This document shows positions 57,250 through 64,000 of a DNA stretch of 64,000 bases, in pieces. The notes under the pieces are model-generated. The model was not told the DNA's origin and did no database searches. It was given only the letters and a program-made list of their open reading frames with translations. The stretch comes from Eledone cirrhosa (Eukaryota), in assembly GCA_964016885.1 (NCBI GenBank), contig OZ024742.1, positions 322,028,001 through 322,092,000 of the forward strand, given 5' to 3'. The position numbers were made by a program, and so were the translations under genes. Positions within the stretch are counted from its first letter, which is position 1, and every line of letters starts with the position of its first letter.

Positions 57250-58448
57250 ATAAAGAAAAAAAGATGAAATCGAAAATGCAACTGGAGTCTTATTTTTAAA
57301 ATAATATATAAAAAATATATATATTTATTTGGTTCCTTTACCGGTTTCGCAGTTCTTCTGCTTTTCAAAAGTAGAGTTGAGATGGAGGGTCTGTGGTTTT
57401 TCTCACATCTGGTTGGTCTTTGTAATGTTACTTGTTTTATATGGAAAAAAGTGGCTCGAAACGCCAAGTTTTTAGAGAAGTAATTTGATTGGTTGGTCAA
57501 TAAGTATAATAAATTTCGCGCCAGTTCGCGTTACAAAGTTCTTCAAACAAGGTTGTTTTTTCATATATGAGTGTTTTAATTACTTTTTACTTAAAAAGGG
57601 GGCTACATAAGTATACTTTCAAAATCAAAGTTAAAAAGATGTGGTGTGGTGTGGTTCATGGCTTTCCTAGAGCTATTAGTAATATTTAGGGTCGACTTGT
57701 AGCCATTTGGTAACAACTTTATTATTCCTATGTGTGTTTAACTCTTGATTTAATTTAATTTAATTATTTTAGCAAACAAATAATAATAAATGTGAAGACT
57801 AAAATCCAAAGAGGGCTCGATAAGGATAAATATATATCAAATATTTAAGAACCATAGAGCAAATATTTATTAAAATAACAGATTGAAGTTTAAGCAAAGG
57901 ATCGCTGCTTTCACCCTTAACGGGATCTTCTGAAACTAAAAAAAATGAATCTGTGAACGCAGAAGTAAATATTTCGAAAAACGTTGCAACCGAAGGACAA
58001 CAGGAAGACGATACTTTGATTCGTGAAGACATTCCCTGGCAATGAACGGAAAAAAGCGAAAATAATACGTCATTATATGGAGCCGTTAATATGCATAAGG
58101 AAAGTATATACTTTCAGACGTTCAATCATCTGGCAGGAAGGTATACGGTGCTGACGATAGCTAATAAGCTTGAAACTAGTAAATCGTTCCTTTGTCAGTG
58201 TTGACCAAAAGCGCAACGATAGTTGCTAAACACTGTACGGCTTAATTCGGGATGTTTGTATACAAACAAACCGAGCATTATAATAAATGTTCGGTAAATC
58301 CATACGTACATGTATATATGTGTGCATGTATGTATATATATACATACTACTGTACGTCTGTATACATATATGTATGTACGTATACATACTTATATTTAAG
58401 TAACAGCCGTACTAAGAGTGAGAAATGAAATTTCGTTTCATTTTTTCC

Positions 58449-58492
<44 letters not shown>

Positions 58493-58512
58493 ATATATAT
58501 TGATATATATTG

Positions 58513-58556
<44 letters not shown>

Positions 58557-58740
58557 GTATGTATGTATGTATTTGAAAAGCATAACTGTGAAACCGGTAA
58601 AGGACATAAATAAATATTCTTAAAAAGACTCCAGTTGCATTTTCGATTTCATCTTTTTTCCTTATACTTTACTTTCATTCGTGTAGGACATCTCGTTTCT
58701 TTTTTTTTTTTTTCATTTAAAAAAAAAATCATTTTCTTAT
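57250..58740. mobile_element. Chain of PLTR fragments: B (~57250-57600), C (~57780-58080), N (58081-58455), B-like (~58572-58740)
   Basis: Each block matches copies elsewhere in the window. Confidence 0.8.
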
Positions 58741-58923
58741 ATATAATATTTGTAAATCGAACTTTAACTGCAGTACAGCTTGTACAATTCAATTTGTTTT
58801 GGATCAATCACAGAGCATGCGATGGATCGAAAGTTAAAAACAAAGAGAGTTAAACACTGTAGTTATAAAATGTGACACCAAGATAATCGACCGAAGGCAC
58901 AAACTTTCGATACAACAAAATAA

Positions 58924-59027
<104 letters not shown>

Positions 59028-59215
59028 TAGCTTGGAAATTACATTAAAAGTACGCGTGTGTGTGGAATACTCAACCACTTCTACTATAACACAAAATAAA
59101 CTGTAGTTAAAATTCAAAGGTCCTGTCTTGTCCTACACTGCGACATGCTGAATCTCCCTGAGGATTATGTTATGGGTACATGTATCTGTGGAATATTCAA
59201 CCACTTACGCAATAT

Positions 59216-59400
59216 AATTGTTTCTACTTTTGGCACAAGGTCAACAATTATCCCACTGGTACTTTATTTTATCGATTCCGTGAGGATGAAAAGCAAAGTT
59301 AATCTCGGCGGGATTTGAACTCAGACCGTAAAGGGGCGTAACTCTGTGCCGCAAAGCATGGCGCCCGATCCTCTACCGGCACTGCCAATCCACAGCCCTT
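59216..59400 (-). mobile_element. tRNA-derived SINE
   Basis: Family motifs present. Confidence 0.88.
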
Positions 59401-59589
59401 ACATAATATGATACAAAATAAAATGAACCAGTAATTCAAAAGTCCAGTCATGTCACATATTATCTCAAACTTATTCGGGTTGAGAAATTACGTCAAATGT
59501 AGAATACTGAACGTAGAATACTGAACGACTTACACGTTAATTTCACATGTCAGTTAATGTGGTATGGTCAATAAATATATACATATATA

Positions 59590-60345
59590 TACCAGGTCCG
59601 AACACAATGGAGCCAAATTCCCACTGTCACTGCCTCCGTCTCTCCCGCTGTCCCCATCACTCGCATTATGAGCAAATGGGGGTCCACGCGCTGGCCTCCC
59701 CGCAGCCCCGGCGGACAGAATAGAGAAGGTATTTCCTTGCAGGATGGTGAGGGAGACGCGCTGGAAGAGCCATTCCAGCTCACGAGGCTCACACCTGTGG
59801 GTAGCCAACTCTGAGCCGATGGTGGTGAATAGGGAGGTGGTCCGGGCTCGACCACAAGCCCGTCGGAGAGCGACCGATATTTGGAGAGTTTACCCTCCTC
59901 AGCTCGAAGTGCAGCAGAGCCTGGATTAGTGGCAGACTGTACCAGGTTCCCGCTGGGAAATGTGTCGCTGCATATGGCATCCCAGATGAGGAGTTTACCA
60001 CCGCGGAACGGGAAGATTGTCATGCTATCTGGCCTTTTGCCGTACTCTCGGTCCAGCCCCGCCGGCATGTGCTGGGAGGGGAAGCCTGCAGAATCCAAGC
60101 CATGCTTTATGACCTCGTTGAGAGCAACATGGTGTGGAAGGCGACCGGCTCTGTGGCGACAGGACAGTGGGTGGAGGCCGAAAGTGACTATGGTGGATCC
60201 GCAGCAACATATATGTGGCTCGCGGATCCAGGGGCCGAGCCTCAGGGAAACCCTGATTCACAGACTATCATTATCCAGCTGTGTGTCAGTCAAAAAGGAG
60301 GGTAAGGAATTGATCGAGCAACTGAATGCTCATCGCCGAATGCGA
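59590..60345 (-). pseudogene. CRE-clade non-LTR retrotransposon 3' fragment (CCHC knuckle + restriction-like endonuclease)
   Basis: LDNDSL*IRVSLRLG..CCCG..HPLSC..HVALNEVI..SAG..GKRPDSMTIFPFRGGKLLIWD..AALRAEEGKLSKY..FQRVSLTILQGN. Confidence 0.82.
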
Positions 60346-60355
60346 CGGAAGACGC

Positions 60356-60787
60356 AGGTGGATTGGCAGTATCGGTAGAGGGTCGGACGCCATGCTTTCC
60401 AGCATAGTTACGTCCCTTTACGATCTGAGTTCAAATCCCGCCGAGGTTGACTTTGCCTTTCATCCTTACAGGGTCGATAAAATAAAGTACCAGTAATGCA
60501 CTGGGTAATTGCTGGCCTTGTGCCAAAAGTAGTAACAATTATTAAGTTATTTACTGGCTTGGCAAAGGATGGTGGGTTGGCAGTAACAGTAGAGCGTCGA
60601 ATAACATCCTTTGCAGCATAGAATTACGGCCCGTTACATTCTGTGTTCAAATCTCGCCAAGGTTAGCTTTGCCTATCATCCTTACGGGGTCGATAAAATA
60701 AAGCACCAGTAATACACTAGGGTCGATTTAATCGACTTTCCCGTCCCTTAAAATTGCTGGCCTTGTGCCTAAAGTAGAAACAATTAT
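60356..60787 (+). mobile_element. Two SINE copies (60356-60540; 60568-60787, a longer subfamily with the gtcgatttaatcgac hairpin)
   Basis: A/B boxes, core and tails. Confidence 0.88.
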
Positions 60788-61128
60788 TAAATCATTTACT
60801 ATCAAATTACGTCACAACAGTTTCAAATTGAATGGCGCCAAACTTCTTATCTCTTTTAAATTATCTTTTTGTGTAAACTTTTTTGTATTATGTTTAGTCT
60901 TTCGTATCTTTCGTATTTGCTCTTTCTTTTCTCCTTTCTTTGTTTCCTTCTTCTGTCTTCCTTTTTTTCTTTTCTCCTTTCTTTCTCTTTTCTCTTGTTC
61001 TTCTCTTCATTCTCTCTGTTGTGTTCACTGTCTTGTTTCTCTTTCCGAGAATTACCTTGAGAAAGAACAAAAGAATAAATAATGAAAGAAACTGCTTACA
61101 CGGCTATTTGATTATAAGACGGGTATGA

Positions 61129-61204
<76 letters not shown>

Positions 61205-61259
61205 GGTGGTGGTGGTGGTGGTGGTGGTGGTGGTGGTGGTGGTGGTGGTGGTGGTGGTG

Positions 61260-61290
<31 letters not shown>

Positions 61291-61323
61291 CAGTAGTAGT
61301 AGTAGCAGCAACAGCAGTAGTAA

Positions 61324-61369
<46 letters not shown>

Positions 61370-62187
61370 TATGTGTAGGCCGTTGGTTGCTTGATCAGTT
61401 GTATCTCATCATCCTATTGAATAAACAGATAAATTACGTGTTTTAAAGGATTGAACAGGATGATAGAATTTTATGAATGGGATTTCATTCATAAAATATT
61501 TTCTATCACCTTATTCATTTCTTTAGAACCCACCTTAATTTTTTTGAATGAGACAGATATATCATGAACAAGGACACCAAGCCACCACCACAACCACCAC
61601 TATCAACACCCCACTACACCCATCAGGAACAACAACGACACCACTACCATCAATGATATCAACAACAACAATAACAATACGACCACCACTAACACACCTT
61701 ACTACTACTACCACATCTGTCACCATCCACCAGCCCACCAACAACAACGGTGGAAACGTTAAAGCGTCGAGCCGGATACCTTGTAGCATTGTTCTGACTG
61801 AGTGTTTTGAGTTCAAATCCCACCTACCTTTCGTCTCCGACAAAGCAGAATTAGAATTAGCAATCGAAACATAGATTTCTTAGCTTGATCTGATGATTGG
61901 TTCTTTGTTCCAGATATTAGATATTCGGACAGAGGTGATTTTTAGGTCGTCCTTTAAATTTTTCGACGCTCTCTTGTGTATAACGAGAATTTAGCCCAGA
62001 TGTGACGTTTCAGGTGTAGAAACAGTAAGGGTCTGTAAATTATACTGTTCTAAATATATATACTCTCTCTCTCTCTCCCTCTCTCACTTTCTCTCTCTCT
62101 CTATATATATATATATGCGTGTATATATATATATATATATATATTACATTGAAATATGTTACCAAACACTTATTCACATCATAATTT

Positions 62188-62227
62188 GATTTACAATTGT
62201 TTCATCCTCGTGGGACTTATCAAAATC
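62188..62227 (-). ncRNA. Minimal hammerhead ribozyme (family O) with U3-A8 core
   Basis: GATT-TTGATAA-GTCC cacga GGAT-GAA-ACAATTGT-A-AATC. Confidence 0.75.
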
Positions 62228-62384
62228 GATTATTTTATAAATAATCACCACAACATGTTCATCTTTTTGAACGCACAAACATCCCTGAGAGTTTTTATTA
62301 CATTTTACAAAACTCCTTAGTCATCAACTTGTTGATGAATACATATGTATATGACGCAACACTGATTCATTGTTCCATAACTAT

Positions 62385-62477
<93 letters not shown>

Positions 62478-63062
62478 TAGGTGGCCCCATGCTGTCAAAA
62501 AGGACGGCTTATTGTAGTATCAACTATAAAAAGGGTCTGTCTTTCTCTCGCTAAACGACGTTTCCTTTCAATTGCACTCTCCATTACTGAAACCAACCTA
62601 AGCTCGTAAGATTTAAAGCCACATAAAGCAGGCCATCACTTATAGTTGATGTAAAAACTTCCTAGTTAAAATGTATTACATACATACATTTCTTAATATA
62701 AATACATTAGGTACATGTATGAACTGTTAAATTAAGGGTAGATGTGTATTTGTATAACATTTCAACTGCAGTCGTTTTATATTCTTGATAATTCTAACTT
62801 ATTCCGATATTGCTAGGGACTTGACCCCTTGGAAAACACATACGCACATACACTCACACGCATACATTCACACACACACACACACTCACACAAGTGTAGC
62901 CAATCTAAGAACACTGGTTAAAAATAATTATTACATATACACACATCTTCACAAACATATACATAAACAGACTCATTAGAGAAAATAATTATTACATGCA
63001 CACACATTGTTCACTGTTTTCTATACTTTGTCACACCCTCTTCTTTCCACACTCATCACATA

Positions 63063-63232
63063 GATTGGCAGTATCGGTAGAGGGAGGATGCTTTGCAGTA
63101 TAGAGTTACGCTCCTTTACGGTCTGAGTTCAAATCCCGTCGAGGTTAACTTTATCTTTCATCCTTACGATAAAATAAAGTACCAGTAATGTACTGGGATA
63201 ATTGCTGGCCTTGTGCCAAAAATAGAAACAAT
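63063..63232 (+). mobile_element. tRNA-derived SINE with small deletions
   Basis: A box tggcagtatcgg, B box gagttcaaatcc, tail. Confidence 0.88.
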
Positions 63233-64000
63233 TATTTTATATAATGTATCTGTTTATGTATATGTTTATATACTCATACATAGATGAGTTACATCCCTTT
63301 GTGTGACAAACAAATACACATTGGCTATTATATTAGTACATACGTATTATATTAGTAGATAAATATAAAATAGCACGCGTGTTTGTCTAGTCTCCTATGC
63401 ACTCAAACCCAGTGGACCAATCATGTTGAAAGTTATCATATGGGTTCCTTAGATTCAGGAATAGGTTTTCCTCATACTTAGACCTATATTCATTTGTTTA
63501 TCTGTTTGTTTGCCTGTTTGTCAATCTGTGACCATGATGGTCGTCGTGAATTATCGTCTTCACCACGGCGGAATGTGACGGGAAATAGAAAAAAAATGAA
63601 GAAGTGAAAATTTGACAGAAAGTCAGAACACGTGAAATTAAATAGAGTGCTGAAAGCCAAAGATGGAACTAAACAATAAACACACACTTGCTTCAGTATT
63701 TGACGTCCCCCGCTCTCCTGCATGAAAGGAGGTACGACTAAAACAAGTGAGCGACACGCGTTCAATCAACATAAAGCAACAACACCCACCAGCTTTATCA
63801 AAATCTGCTCTCTCCTCTATCGGCTGCAGCATATTTTGTCTTACATTCTTTATATATCTTCCGTGTGTGTATATATATGTCATATCTGCTTCATATTTAT
63901 CCCGTTTGAGAGCATCGTGTTTGTATTTTAACGCACGCTAAGGGAAGTAAGTAACTCTGAGTAAGTCGTGGTTGTAGTTAATGGTGACACTGTTGACATT

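Noticed and set aside
60356-60440. tRNA gene
   Set aside because: The A and B boxes belong to the SINE head; no complete cloverleaf

Overview
AT-rich, microsatellite-saturated eukaryotic DNA, most likely a coleoid cephalopod (Octopus-like; inferred from the dominant tRNA-derived SINE and the repeat landscape). No host gene could be supported, and almost every ORF in the track is a (TA)n/(CA)n/(ATGT)n/(GGT)n artefact. The real coding content is retroelements: three near-complete Penelope-like elements (PLEs; RT + GIY-YIG, all minus strand, at ~20.1-25.0 kb, ~29.6-33.3 kb and ~47.6-50.7 kb), a fourth PLE endonuclease remnant, and RTE-, CRE- and possibly R4-type LINE fragments. There are also ~15 SINE copies and three non-autonomous Helitrons. 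The main hidden signal is non-coding. Many of the short unique islands between (TA)n tracts are PLE pseudo-LTR (PLTR) fragments carrying type I hammerhead ribozymes (HHRs); I hand-folded about 17 different HHR sequence families. They include three unrelated families with a compensatory U3-A8 core, several U4 variants, palindromic stem IIIs shared across families, and one two-ribozyme cassette that would release a ~447-nt RNA. Other highlights: one PLE has a separate 400-aa ORF joined to its RT frame through an in-phase U UUU UUA slippery heptamer, and another PLE ORF is broken only by two TAG codons at conserved Trp positions. All RNA structures were folded by eye; family letters are my own labels.
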